A DNA stretch of 64,000 bases from Gloeobacterales cyanobacterium (GCA_038245785.1 JBBRSB010000006.1:32001-96000); one strand, 5' to 3'. Shown: positions 21,006 through 31,675, counted from the first letter of the stretch. Translations and numbers: made by a program. The notes: generated by a model from the sequence alone, not told the origin.

Positions 21006-22474
21006 CGGCGAAGTCCTTCAAGTTCAAAGGGCAAGTTTAAAGGATAAGTTTCAGGTTTCGGCAATAATTTCGGCTTTACTTCCTCTATAGGCCATTTCCA
21101 TCCAACTACCGCAATGATAGTCAACCAATAGAAATAGAATGCTGTAGTCTGCCAGTAGTGTTCCGTAGTCATCCCTACTGTGATAGCAGCATAGACAGCC
21201 AGCATTACTAAACATAGTTCTTTTCGAGAAGAGCCAGGTGGCGCTTGACGCCACACATCTGCTATACGTACAAATAGGGCAGTCCACAAAACTAAAAACA
21301 TAAATAGTCCAACTAGCCCTGTCTCAGCTAAAGCTCGAATAAAGTCGTTGTGCGCACCATTATGGAAAGGGGTTAATAATTCTGTAGTCCCCAAACCATA
21401 ACCGAATAAGGGGGAATGTTCCCAAGCTTTGATCAAGTAGCTCCACTGTGCAATACGCCAACTGAAGCTATTGCCATCTACATAGGACAGATTGATAGCT
21501 TTAGAAATACTGAAATCGCCATTTAGTAGAGGAGTTTGCTGTAAAGTATCTAGTCGTTCACGGCCTGCGTCGGTACTTATAAATATACCCAAAGCCAATG
21601 TGATAGCCAGAATCCCTGAAGCCAAACTCTTAAAACTTAAACGCGGCAAGCCAAGTACACCAATCAGCACCAAAATCATGGCAATCCCTGCCAGAGAATT
21701 AGTTTTAAGATATATGAACACCAAAACGCTGATTAGAGCTAACCATCGCTTATGAGCAGTGGTTCGGTACTTCCACCAAGCCAGGCTCCCCATAAGGAGT
21801 AGATAAGCAGCGAAGGTATTGGGATGACCTAAGGTACCATATATGCGGGTGTGACCAAGTTCTTCAAAGGGGCGTAATTCATACCAAATGCTAGTAAGAA
21901 AAGCAGGAAAGTACAGTTGCCCAAAAGCCACACTTATAGGCACGACTAGAGACAGAAGCAAATAGCTCAGCAATTTTTGGCCAGGAATTCTATCCCGCAA
22001 TTGCATGACCAAGACATAAATAGATCCATAGGAAGCGACACGAATCCATTCACGAATCCCTAAGCTAAGAGCTTCCGATTCTTTGGGCAGCCAGCCCAGA
22101 AATGTTGCTAAAGGCCATAGGGCTGTTAGCAAGATCCAGGCAAGGAAGAAGATCATCCACCAATCACTTTTTATTCTTTTATGAAGAAGTAAACAACCCA
22201 TGACATAGCAAATTGTAATCGCATCAATGGCCAAGGCCAAGAGAGATGCTAGTTGATACTTACTAAAAGGGTCCAAGGCGGAGCGAATAATCAACAGGCT
22301 AATTACTGAAAATTCAAATTTCTTGATAAGGAGTACAATCCCGAAAGCGGCTACAATACCTAAGGTGAGCGTTTGAGGTTTTGTCGCAGCAGCGATGCCC
22401 ATAACGACACTGGCCAGTAAGATGAAGGCAGTCCAACGATATTGACTATGTTGTGAAGAGAAGAATATATCCAT
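21002..22474 (-). CDS. O-antigen ligase/Wzy polymerase family membrane protein
   Basis: About 12 TM; RIYGTLGHPN, PLFGYGLG, AHNDFIRALAETGLVG; start set at ATG 22474. Confidence 0.88.
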   Translation of the reverse strand: MDIFFSSQHSQYRWTAFILLASVVMGIAAATKPQTLTLGIVAAFGIVLLIKKFEFSVISLLIIRSALDPFSKYQLASLLALAIDAITICYVMGCLLLHKRIKSDWWMIFFLAWILLTALWPLATFLGWLPKESEALSLGIREWIRVASYGSIYVLVMQLRDRIPGQKLLSYLLLSLVVPISVAFGQLYFPAFLTSIWYELRPFEELGHTRIYGTLGHPNTFAAYLLLMGSLAWWKYRTTAHKRWLALISVLVFIYLKTNSLAGIAMILVLIGVLGLPRLSFKSLASGILAITLALGIFISTDAGRERLDTLQQTPLLNGDFSISKAINLSYVDGNSFSWRIAQWSYLIKAWEHSPLFGYGLGTTELLTPFHNGAHNDFIRALAETGLVGLFMFLVLWTALFVRIADVWRQAPPGSSRKELCLVMLAVYAAITVGMTTEHYWQTTAFYFYWLTIIAVVGWKWPIEEVKPKLLPKPETYPLNLPFELEGLRR

Positions 22475-22481
22475 AGTTAAG

Positions 22482-23570
22482 TTATGAAGAGAAGTAGCGG
22501 TGGAAGTTAGCAAAAAACCCTTGCGGTGAAAGCCAATCTAGCCATAATTGTCGGCAAGCCAGCTGCATATCTTGGAATTCTTGAGGGGATAGGCGAGCGT
22601 GAAATTCACGGATGATATCTCCCAGATGAGGTAGATCTGCTTCTTCAACCCAAACACAGTACTTTTTCCAATCAATATATTGTTCAAAAGGAAGACTACA
22701 ATCGGTATTCACGAAAAGGGGAATACGACCACAGCTTAACGTTTCATAAAAGCGATAGGAAAAATTTCCCCCTCCTCGGGTGCAGAGAACATAGTCACTG
22801 CTGATCATGTTCTCTACAAACTGTTGTCTCGGAGAAATAGACAGGCTGCTACTATGATGAAGTGAATTTCGAATGATGAAGTTACACTGAATCCTAGGCG
22901 TGCGGGAGAGAATATAGAGTGCTTGTGACCGGACTCTGGAACCGTACAACCATGGCAAAGGATGTTTAATGAGCTCAATTCCTGCTCTTGACAATACCTT
23001 GAACATAGTAGGGGTAGCCCCCAGTTTCATCCGCAAGCGGGTTTTCAGCTTGCTTTTAGGATCACATAAGGAATCATAACCACAGTATGCAATCACGGGT
23101 TCGGCACTTTTGGGACGCAGTTTGACATCCCCCTGACAATAACGTTCTACAAAGTCTTCACTCCAAGCCGGAATAACGAATTCATTCGGTTGACAGATAG
23201 AACGAAGCAGTGAGGTGCGAAAAACTAAGCTATTTTGAATCGCGATAGGTGAAGTCGAATCATCTAAGCAAAAAATAACCAGAGGTTTGCCCTGTGTAGA
23301 CGATACTTGCGCCATCTTTTTAGCCGCAGCCTGGGCTATTTCAGGCTGCTTAGATGATTCTGCCCAGTCAAACGGCAATAGTGCAATGTCCGCTGCTTCC
23401 AGAGAAGTCATTTGAAACCATTGGTTGCCCATACTTGTGTAATGGTCATAACGACCACTATTAGGGTTGGTAGAATCTTCATAAGCCTTCCCCCAGAAGG
23501 GGTAAAGCATTACAAAGTGCGGAAGAGAAGGAGGAAGATGATCTCGGGCTGTATAAATATTCAAAGACAT
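22482..23570 (-). CDS. Exostosin (GT47) family glycosyltransferase
   Basis: YVLCTRGGGNFSYRFYETLSCGRIPL...LPFEQYIDW. Confidence 0.85.
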   Translation of the reverse strand: MSLNIYTARDHLPPSLPHFVMLYPFWGKAYEDSTNPNSGRYDHYTSMGNQWFQMTSLEAADIALLPFDWAESSKQPEIAQAAAKKMAQVSSTQGKPLVIFCLDDSTSPIAIQNSLVFRTSLLRSICQPNEFVIPAWSEDFVERYCQGDVKLRPKSAEPVIAYCGYDSLCDPKSKLKTRLRMKLGATPTMFKVLSRAGIELIKHPLPWLYGSRVRSQALYILSRTPRIQCNFIIRNSLHHSSSLSISPRQQFVENMISSDYVLCTRGGGNFSYRFYETLSCGRIPLFVNTDCSLPFEQYIDWKKYCVWVEEADLPHLGDIIREFHARLSPQEFQDMQLACRQLWLDWLSPQGFFANFHRYFSS

Positions 23571-23594
23571 TTGTTTTATACAGGGTTAATTAAT

Positions 23595-24629
23595 TCATGC
23601 CCTTGAGCGGGCTACATCAGTCTGGGAAACATGTTCAGGCAACCGGGAAGAGGGTAGGTCCACCTCAACACATTGGTCTGCACCAACAATAGAGCGAACA
23701 ACAGGTCCCGAAACAGTATGGCGATCTTGCCCTATAGACCAGATAACACTATTAGCAACCCGTGCATCCGCTGTGAGTATTGTGCCATCGCTAATGCAGC
23801 TCAGGCCAGTGACTACGGCTCCAGATTGGATATGACAGTTGCTGCCAATCAAAGCCCTGCCTGAGACGACAGCACCAGGCTCAATAATTGTATCTTTGCC
23901 CACTCGATCTTGTAATAAATCAGGCTGTTCCAGCAAATCCCAATGTGTAGCGAGATACTGCGGCAAAGTCCCCACATCAGACCAGTATGCATCTGTACGC
24001 ATAGCGTAGATAGGGGCTCCCATCGCCAACAACTTAGGAAATAAGTCATGACCAAAGTCAAAAACTTCTCCGACAGGAATATAGTTCAGTGCCTCAGGCT
24101 CAAGAATGTAAATACCTGTATTTGCTAACCGAGATTTTTCTTTTCCTGGAGCCGGTTTCTCTTGAAAGGAAAGGATGCGCCCGGTCTCCTCGGTGACGAC
24201 GATACCAAACCGAGAAGGATCATCAACTTCTTTCACTGCCATGGTAATCAAAGCACCTCTGGACCGATGAAAAGCGAGCATCTGGCTGAGGTTTACATCC
24301 GTTACCACATCACCCGAAACAATGACAAAAGTGCCATCTTTCAAGAAATCAGCTTGCCGACGCACACCACCAGCAGTGCCAAGCAATTGTTCTTCCCAAG
24401 AGTATTGGAGATTTACTCCAAGCTTATTACCATTTCTAAAGGCTTGCTCGATCTGCTCACCCTTGTAGCAAAGATTGGCCATAAAATCCGTAAACCCATG
24501 CGTTCTGCAAAGGCTCATGATCCTAGCCATCACCGGACGGTTCATTACAGGTATTAAAGGCTTGGGAAGGATATCTGTGAAGGGACGCAAACGGGTTCCC
24601 TTTCCTGCAGCCAATATAAATGCTTTCAT
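23595..24629 (-). CDS. NDP-sugar pyrophosphorylase (mannose-1-phosphate guanylyltransferase-like)
   Basis: ILAAGKGTRLRPFT..PKPL, FQEKP, WSDVG, C-terminal hexapeptide repeats. Confidence 0.88.
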   Translation of the reverse strand: MKAFILAAGKGTRLRPFTDILPKPLIPVMNRPVMARIMSLCRTHGFTDFMANLCYKGEQIEQAFRNGNKLGVNLQYSWEEQLLGTAGGVRRQADFLKDGTFVIVSGDVVTDVNLSQMLAFHRSRGALITMAVKEVDDPSRFGIVVTEETGRILSFQEKPAPGKEKSRLANTGIYILEPEALNYIPVGEVFDFGHDLFPKLLAMGAPIYAMRTDAYWSDVGTLPQYLATHWDLLEQPDLLQDRVGKDTIIEPGAVVSGRALIGSNCHIQSGAVVTGLSCISDGTILTADARVANSVIWSIGQDRHTVSGPVVRSIVGADQCVEVDLPSSRLPEHVSQTDVARSRA

Positions 24630-24657
24630 CAACAACCTCACACAAAAAATAAATTAA

Positions 24658-25719
24658 CTAGAAACCACCAGTGAAGAATCGCAAAAGACCACCAATGCCG
24701 AATAACGGTCCGGCAAAGGTGCCCACGTCATCGGCTAGCTGTTTAGACGCCTTTCGGCCTACAACCACGATGTCTCCACTGCGGACTTGGAAAGCAATCT
24801 TCCCTTCGTTCATATCATTAAGGTTAATTTGATGCTTTTCTAACTTGCCACTAGGAGTCAAGCGAGCCACCTTGATAATTGAGATGTCAGCGTCATTGGT
24901 TGGACCACCTGCCTGAGAGATAGCACTCAGAAGCGTTCCACGGGGGTCCACATCAACAACACCAGCATTTTTAACTTCACCCGTCACTTGCACTTTGACA
25001 GTTTGTGGAGCCAAAGTGCTGCTAGCGACAGCCTGTGCCATCTGTTCTCCAGCTGTGTCACCCTCAGTCAGCTTGGCAATCTTGATTGTGTCACCATCTG
25101 TAAGAGCCAAGTCTTTACTGAAATCTCCAGACTGGAGCGCTTGCCAGAAATCGACCTTTATCTGTTCTGGAGGGACACCATCTCCTTTTTGACGAATCAA
25201 AGTGACATTGCGCATATCGGCTAAAGGTGTAACGCCCCCTGCCAAAGCTAAAGCACCAGTAATAGTTTCCTGTGGACCAGCACCATTCCCACCAGCTCCA
25301 GGCGCCTTTCCACCGCCGCCACCGAAAGTTTGAGGGCCGGGACGACCTACTTCTCCAACGACATTAACTTTGATGGGTCGGGTACCCGCTACGGACACCG
25401 AAACTATCGGTTTGCGCACAACCCCGCTAAGGCGTGATACTAGTTCGTCAGAGAGCTGTTCAGGTGTTTTTCCAGCAGCTCGGATAGCTCCAACATAGAG
25501 GACATTGATAGTTCCATCGGGCAATATGGTTTGGTCTTTGGAAAGTTCAGGAAAGTCGAAGACATCTACATGAATCTGGTCTCCATTACGTAGACGATAA
25601 CCCTGGAGAGTAACTGAGGAATTGAGCGTCAAGGTCCGCTCTTGCCCGCCTTCTGCCCAAGCAGGGCTGGAAAGGCCCATCAATAGACCAACGGATAAAT
25701 AGACAAAATTCTTTTTCAT
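24658..25719 (-). CDS. wza: Polysaccharide export protein (Wza/OPX family, SLBB domains)
   Basis: Signal peptide, YRLRNGD...PDGTINVLYVG Poly_export motif, repeated GEVxxPG SLBB motifs. Confidence 0.88.
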   Translation of the reverse strand: MKKNFVYLSVGLLMGLSSPAWAEGGQERTLTLNSSVTLQGYRLRNGDQIHVDVFDFPELSKDQTILPDGTINVLYVGAIRAAGKTPEQLSDELVSRLSGVVRKPIVSVSVAGTRPIKVNVVGEVGRPGPQTFGGGGGKAPGAGGNGAGPQETITGALALAGGVTPLADMRNVTLIRQKGDGVPPEQIKVDFWQALQSGDFSKDLALTDGDTIKIAKLTEGDTAGEQMAQAVASSTLAPQTVKVQVTGEVKNAGVVDVDPRGTLLSAISQAGGPTNDADISIIKVARLTPSGKLEKHQINLNDMNEGKIAFQVRSGDIVVVGRKASKQLADDVGTFAGPLFGIGGLLRFFTGGF

Positions 25720-25770
25720 GGTGAAACACCGTTACCGTAAATAAGGTGAATTAGGACTAGCTGATCTTCG

Positions 25771-27915
25771 TTAATCCTTCGCTGGAGGTAACGCAAGAGT
25801 AAGGTCTTTTTCTTTTCCGCGATCGTAATAGTCGTAGCTATAGGCCAGCTCTTTGCGCGCATTAACACCATTCAGAATGACGCCCAAAAGTTGAATATTG
25901 TTGCGCTGCAAAGATTGTTTTACCCTAGCTAGGGGCTCTTGCTCTGAGTAGTCAGGACGGACAACCAGAAGAACTCCTTTAGCCTTTGCCCCAAACAAAT
26001 AGCCATGAGCATGTCCAGCAAGAGGAGGGGTGTCGACAATGATTTGGTCGTAGGAGCCTGACAGTTGTTCCAGTAGTAGATCAAGGACTTGGCTGCTCAA
26101 GAAACCAGCAGAATCTTCAAGAAACATTTGCCCAGCAGTTAACACGTGAAGATTTGGAGTAGCTGTAGGACGAATGTACCGAGTAATAGGGTGGACCTTA
26201 TCACTGCTCTGAAGGCCGGTAGAGCATTGATGAAGCCACTCGGACAGCCCCAGGGAATCTTTCATAGAGAAAATAGTTCCCAAAGATGGCCGAATGAGAT
26301 CTGCATCAACAAGCAAGGTTCGCTGCTGAGCTTGACTCATGGAGAAAGCTAATCGAGTCGCCACCGTTGATTTCCCTTCATTAGGAATAGCACTGCTAAT
26401 GACCGTGAGTGGAATCTGTGACTCATTCCCCTTGGTTAGAAAAAATAGGTTCGTACACAACATACGATAAGCTTCCCGATTCCAGGTGCCCAAAGCATCT
26501 GCTGCGCGGGTCGATACCCATGGCAAGGAAGCAAGAACAGGTAATTCAAGCAATTGCTGAGCTTCCTGCTGAGAAAGAATTTTTCTGCTCAAAGCCTCCT
26601 TGAGGGCTACTACACCCACTGCGGCGACTAGGCCCACCGCCGTACCCGTAGCACCCAGGATGAAAAAGTTGGGCCATACAGGCCTTGTAGGGGCACTCGC
26701 AGGTTCAATAACACGGACGTTAGCAACACCTTGAGCCTCAGCAATCTTTGCCTCTTCTAACTTATTGGCCAACATGTTGTAGGCAGTGCTGTTAACCTGA
26801 ACCTTCCGAGATAGTTGAGCGTAACGCACTTGTCGCTGGGGTAGGTCTCTCACTTTGCTTCCATACTGACTTATAGAAGCTTGCACCGTAGCTAGCTCTT
26901 GAGCTGTGCCACTGCGTTTGACCTCTAGATCTGATAGCTGCGTAGTAAGGTTCTGTGTGATGGGGTCTACCTTCACATTTTTTTGGTCTTTTCTACCTCC
27001 CATCGCCTGAACACGTGCGTTAATGTCAGACTGGAGAGCCTTCCGCTGACGCACCAGCTGTTGCATTTGGGGGCTTTGGTCCCCTAAGCGTCCCGACTGT
27101 TTCGCAATCTCAGCGTCCTGATTAGCTAATTGAATCTTCAATGACTGGATATCTGGGTCTTCACTAATGGCTACCCTAGTTCTAGCTTCAGTAGAAGTTT
27201 TGCCTCCCAGCTGTCTGCGCAAGTCAGCGACTTGTGAGTCTTGAGAATTGAGAGTCGCGCTTAAATTACGTTGCTGAACTTCTAAAGCTGATAGGTTGTT
27301 AACGGCAGACTGAGCTTCAGTAGCGATTTCCACAGAACCCGAAGAACGCTGAAAATTCTGGAGGTCTCTCTCCGCAGCTTTCAAGTTTCTGTCTACTTCC
27401 GGAAGCTTACTCTGAATAAATTCGCGAACCGAAGTAGCTCGTGAACGGTTATTGGTGATCTGACTATTGACAAAAGCATCAGCGACTGCACTGACCACTG
27501 CTTTTGAAGTACTAGGACTACCACTCTTATAGGATAAAACTACGATGTCAGTTCCCAAGACCTGCTTAGTTACAAGTCCTGAACGGATTTGTCCTGAGTT
27601 GAGAAGAGCTCCCGTTTTGGGGTCCCGTGGGGCAGCAGAAGCAATGGCCGCTTTTAAAACAGGCTCTGTCCGCAGGAGTTCTAATTTATTTTCAATAGGA
27701 TTGCTGCCAGCTGAGTAGGCATTCTTATCCACCACTCCTTCGATGCCAGACACTTGAGGTCCACCATCCTGAAATAGAAGCTTTGCTTCAGACTGATACT
27801 CAGCCGGAGTTAAAGCACCTGCAACTAGGCAAGATCCCAGAGCAACTGAGAAAGCCAGGAGGGCCTGAACCTTGTGACGAGCAAAAACGTATGGGAGAGA
27901 AGAGATGTCAGCCAT
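25771..27915 (-). CDS. wzc: Polysaccharide co-polymerase/tyrosine autokinase (Wzc/GumC)
   Basis: Two TM helices flanking a coiled-coil; NEGKST Walker A, VDADL, VDTPP; C-terminal Tyr cluster YSYDYY. Confidence 0.92.
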   Translation of the reverse strand: MADISSLPYVFARHKVQALLAFSVALGSCLVAGALTPAEYQSEAKLLFQDGGPQVSGIEGVVDKNAYSAGSNPIENKLELLRTEPVLKAAIASAAPRDPKTGALLNSGQIRSGLVTKQVLGTDIVVLSYKSGSPSTSKAVVSAVADAFVNSQITNNRSRATSVREFIQSKLPEVDRNLKAAERDLQNFQRSSGSVEIATEAQSAVNNLSALEVQQRNLSATLNSQDSQVADLRRQLGGKTSTEARTRVAISEDPDIQSLKIQLANQDAEIAKQSGRLGDQSPQMQQLVRQRKALQSDINARVQAMGGRKDQKNVKVDPITQNLTTQLSDLEVKRSGTAQELATVQASISQYGSKVRDLPQRQVRYAQLSRKVQVNSTAYNMLANKLEEAKIAEAQGVANVRVIEPASAPTRPVWPNFFILGATGTAVGLVAAVGVVALKEALSRKILSQQEAQQLLELPVLASLPWVSTRAADALGTWNREAYRMLCTNLFFLTKGNESQIPLTVISSAIPNEGKSTVATRLAFSMSQAQQRTLLVDADLIRPSLGTIFSMKDSLGLSEWLHQCSTGLQSSDKVHPITRYIRPTATPNLHVLTAGQMFLEDSAGFLSSQVLDLLLEQLSGSYDQIIVDTPPLAGHAHGYLFGAKAKGVLLVVRPDYSEQEPLARVKQSLQRNNIQLLGVILNGVNARKELAYSYDYYDRGKEKDLTLALPPAKD

Positions 27916-28816
27916 AAGCGTTCCTTAAAGATAAAGACAGAGAAATTAAATTTGGTTGAGCGCACAAAAGCATCACTTGAGCAGAGGAGAAACATCTCTT
28001 CTCGCTCTAAATGACTGAAACTAGCAGCCACAGAAATATTTGGTCGCTGACGCTAGCTAGAGGAGTAAACGTACTTTATGGATCAGACAAGACAGATCAA
28101 AAATCTAATCTGCCGCAGGGTGAGAATGTTCTAAACGTAATCTAGATACACTAATTCTGCAATCTACCCTCCTCGTGGGGTTGAGGGAGGGAAGAGTAGC
28201 TTGAGCTGAGATCAGGTTGACCATCAAAGCTCGGAGCTTTCTTTCAGGCGTGGTGTAAGCAACAAAGTACTCTAGACTCTAAATTTTTAAGCCATAGAGA
28301 AGAGCTTTAGAGGCGAACACCAAGGCTATTGACTTAAGGTATTTCATCACAGCGTTCTTGCGAGTGGACGGGAAATACTTTCCGGTAAGCATGAGCTTCA
28401 AAGGCTCAGACACCTACATAAAACCTCATTTCACCCTACATACGCCCCTCCCTGAGATGATATCGACCCGTACATATCGCCGATGCAACTGTGCTTCAGC
28501 ATGCAAATTATCGTAATTTATTCAGGCAATTGAAACAAACCGTAAGAGTACTGAACTTTAAGTATCGTACACAATAGCTTGATTCAATATGAAGTTGCAA
28601 TAAATTGTCATGCGAGTTCAGTATGCGCAGACTAGCAAAAAGGCTGCTTATTGTGATGTACTCTCCAATACAATCCTGAAAATCTATCAAGAAGATTTAA
28701 AGAGCGAACTAACTCTCCTTGGTGCCTATATGTAGCCCCTGAGAGGACAGTAGCTGAAGTTCATATTTGCATAGCAGCCTAAAGTTATGAAATAGTTATC
28801 ACTTTATATAACCATT

Positions 28817-31675
28817 TCACTCTAAAGCAGCTACACAACGCTCACAGAGGTCGGGGTGACTAGCAAAAGAGCCAACTTTTACAGAGTAGTTCCAACAGCG
28901 GGGACATTTCTGTCCCTCAGCTTTCTTTAGCCCTACAGTTATAGCCAATCCAGATGAAGAATGATCGCTGCCGTAGTGGATATAAGAATATTCAGTCCTT
29001 TCAATTTCATTTTCAGTATCTAATGAAGTACTTTGAGGATGCACAGTGACCTGAGAAGTTATGAATAAATAGCGCAATTCATCTTGAATTCTCCCCAACT
29101 CTGCCCTCAAATTTTCATCTGACATAGATACCAGAATTTCAGCCTCTAGAGATGACCCAATGACCTTTTGCTCTCGAGCTGTTTCCAGAGCCTTATTAAC
29201 CAGATTTCTAACAGACAAAAATTTATCCCAAGACTCTTCCAGTTTAGGGCGATGCCACTCAGGATGCATCTCTACCCAGCCTGCTTGAAATACCGATTTA
29301 GCAGGTTTAGGATAGGGGATGTTTTGCCAAATATCTTCAGCCAAATGACACAGTATAGGACCAACCATCTTGGCTATGTTCTCTAGTAAAATCGCCAAAA
29401 CCGTCTGACATCCTCTTCTTCGGGCGGAGTTTGCAGCACTAATGTACAGCCTATCTTTTACTACATCAAGATAGAAATTCGACAGATCTACTACACAGAA
29501 ATTCTGTATTGTTTGGAAAAACTTAAAGAATTGGTAGGTGTCAAATGCCTGCGTAATCTCTTGCTCTACCTGATAAAGACGATGAAGGATATAGTGGTCA
29601 ATCTCTGGCAAATCTTGGTACGCAGCACTATGCTCTTCCGGATTAAAATCATACAAGTTACTGAGTAAATAGCGAGCAGTATTGCGAATTTTTCGATAGA
29701 CATCTGACATTTGACTAAGAATGTTTTTTCCTAAAGGAACATCAGTACTGTAGTCTACAGAAGAAACCCATAAACGCAAAATATCAGCCCCATAAGGAGG
29801 ATCTTTTTTGGGGTCTTTTCCTCCTTCAATAACTACTTTGGGATCAACCACATTACCTAGAGACTTACTCATCTTGCGCCCCTGTTCGTCTAGGACAAAA
29901 CCATGGGTGAGTACAGTTTCATAAGGAGCTCGACCACGGGTAGCAACCGAAGTTAAAAGAGAAGACTGAAACCACCCCCGATGTTGATCAGAACCTTCTA
30001 GATATAAGTCCGCAGGATAATGCAGTTCTGGTCGTGTTTCTAGGACGGCCGCCCAGCTACACCCTGAGTCAAACCAGACGTCCATAATGTCAGTTTCTTT
30101 GTGGTAAGTGCGACCATTATTTCTATAGGTTTCAGGAAGTAATTCTTCGACAGATAATTCCCACCAAGCATCAGAACCATGGCGACGAAAAATCTCCTGG
30201 ACATGACTAATCGTTTCCTCTGTCAGGAGCGGCTCTGATGTCTCGCTATCGTAAAAAACAGGAATGGGCAGTCCCCAAGCGCGCTGACGAGAGATACACC
30301 AATCTGAACGCTCTGCCACCATTGAAATGATTCGGTTTTTCCCGACAGCAGGTACCCAAGTCACAGCTTCAATAGACTGCAGGGCTATCTCCCGAAACCC
30401 TGCCACCGAGGCGAACCACTGAGTTGTAGCCCGAAAGATAGTTGGCTTTTTGGTCCGCCAATCATAGGGATATTTATGGTTATAAGCTTCTTCTTTAAGT
30501 AGAAATCCTTTTCGTTTAAGGGATTCTATGACTGCTTGATTACCTTCATCTAAAACTTTCAGCCCTTCAAAACCTGGAGCCTCGTCCGTAAATCTACCTA
30601 GGTTGTCGACAGGGGAAAGAACACCAAGTCCGTATTTTCTACCAATTTCAAAATCTTCTACCCCATGACCTGGAGCGGTATGTACTGCTCCGGTACCGGA
30701 CTCTGTCGTTACATATTCGCCAAGAACTACGGGGCTAGGCCGCTCATAGATAGGATGTTGGGTAATAACGCCCTCTAAATCCTTGCCCAGAACTTCTTGA
30801 GTGATCATTAAAGTCTTACCCAAGACCTCCTCCAGATGGGCAACCCGGTCTTTTGCAAGAATGAGAAAGTCGTCTTCGTCCGCTACCACAGCATAGACAA
30901 GCTCTCCATTTAGACATACCGCCAAATTCCCTGGAATTGTCCAGGGAGTTGTAGTCCAAATAACTAGATTGAGATGCGCACGGGGAAGCCCTAGCAATGC
31001 ATTCGGGAGCGTAAGTATAGGAAATTTGACGTAGATACTTCGGGAGATGTGCCCTTCTGGATATTCCAGTTCTGCTTCTGCCAAAGCTGTTTGAGAACTA
31101 GGACTCCAATGAACAGGCTTGAGCCCTCGATAGATATAACCGTTAAGGACCATTTGGCCGAAAACTCCCAGTTGAGCTGCTTCGTATTCAGGGTCTAGGG
31201 TTTTATAGGGATGATCGAAATCTCCCCATACACCCCAGCGCTTACAGTCAGCCATTTGGCCGGAAACTGCGGCCAAAGCAAATTCTCGTGCTTTTTTACG
31301 CAGTTGGATCGGGGTGAGGTTTTGCCGTTCTTCTTTGCCCATCTGTTGTAGAACTTTTAACTCGATCGGTAGACCATGGCAGTCCCAACCGGGCACATAG
31401 CGAACCTTACGACCGCGCAAAACCTGGTAGCGATTGATCGCATCTTTGAGAATTCTATTTAGCGCATGACCAGCGTGTAGGTTGCCATTAGCATAGGGAG
31501 GCCCGTCGTGGAGAACAAAAACTTCACCAGGATTATGTTCCGCTTGGTATGTGTAAATTCCTTCTTGCTCCCAGACCGCCTGAATCTCTGGCTCACGAAC
31601 CACAGCGTTGGCCCGCATAGAAAAATCGGTTTGTGGAAGATTGACGGTGTCTTTGTAATCTTTGGCAGTATTCAC
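28817..31675 (-). CDS. ileS: Isoleucine--tRNA ligase (type 1)
   Basis: HDGPPYANG, HAGH, GWDCHGLP, WCISRQR, KMSKS, C-terminal CPRC...CERC zinc finger. Confidence 0.98.
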   Translation of the reverse strand: MNTAKDYKDTVNLPQTDFSMRANAVVREPEIQAVWEQEGIYTYQAEHNPGEVFVLHDGPPYANGNLHAGHALNRILKDAINRYQVLRGRKVRYVPGWDCHGLPIELKVLQQMGKEERQNLTPIQLRKKAREFALAAVSGQMADCKRWGVWGDFDHPYKTLDPEYEAAQLGVFGQMVLNGYIYRGLKPVHWSPSSQTALAEAELEYPEGHISRSIYVKFPILTLPNALLGLPRAHLNLVIWTTTPWTIPGNLAVCLNGELVYAVVADEDDFLILAKDRVAHLEEVLGKTLMITQEVLGKDLEGVITQHPIYERPSPVVLGEYVTTESGTGAVHTAPGHGVEDFEIGRKYGLGVLSPVDNLGRFTDEAPGFEGLKVLDEGNQAVIESLKRKGFLLKEEAYNHKYPYDWRTKKPTIFRATTQWFASVAGFREIALQSIEAVTWVPAVGKNRIISMVAERSDWCISRQRAWGLPIPVFYDSETSEPLLTEETISHVQEIFRRHGSDAWWELSVEELLPETYRNNGRTYHKETDIMDVWFDSGCSWAAVLETRPELHYPADLYLEGSDQHRGWFQSSLLTSVATRGRAPYETVLTHGFVLDEQGRKMSKSLGNVVDPKVVIEGGKDPKKDPPYGADILRLWVSSVDYSTDVPLGKNILSQMSDVYRKIRNTARYLLSNLYDFNPEEHSAAYQDLPEIDHYILHRLYQVEQEITQAFDTYQFFKFFQTIQNFCVVDLSNFYLDVVKDRLYISAANSARRRGCQTVLAILLENIAKMVGPILCHLAEDIWQNIPYPKPAKSVFQAGWVEMHPEWHRPKLEESWDKFLSVRNLVNKALETAREQKVIGSSLEAEILVSMSDENLRAELGRIQDELRYLFITSQVTVHPQSTSLDTENEIERTEYSYIHYGSDHSSSGLAITVGLKKAEGQKCPRCWNYSVKVGSFASHPDLCERCVAALE

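Noticed and set aside
28280..28415. 44-aa minus-strand ORF (MSEPLKLML...) and an IS605-like end motif (ttcaggcgtgg) just left of it
   Set aside because: No recognisable domain, no transposase remnant, and the match is too short
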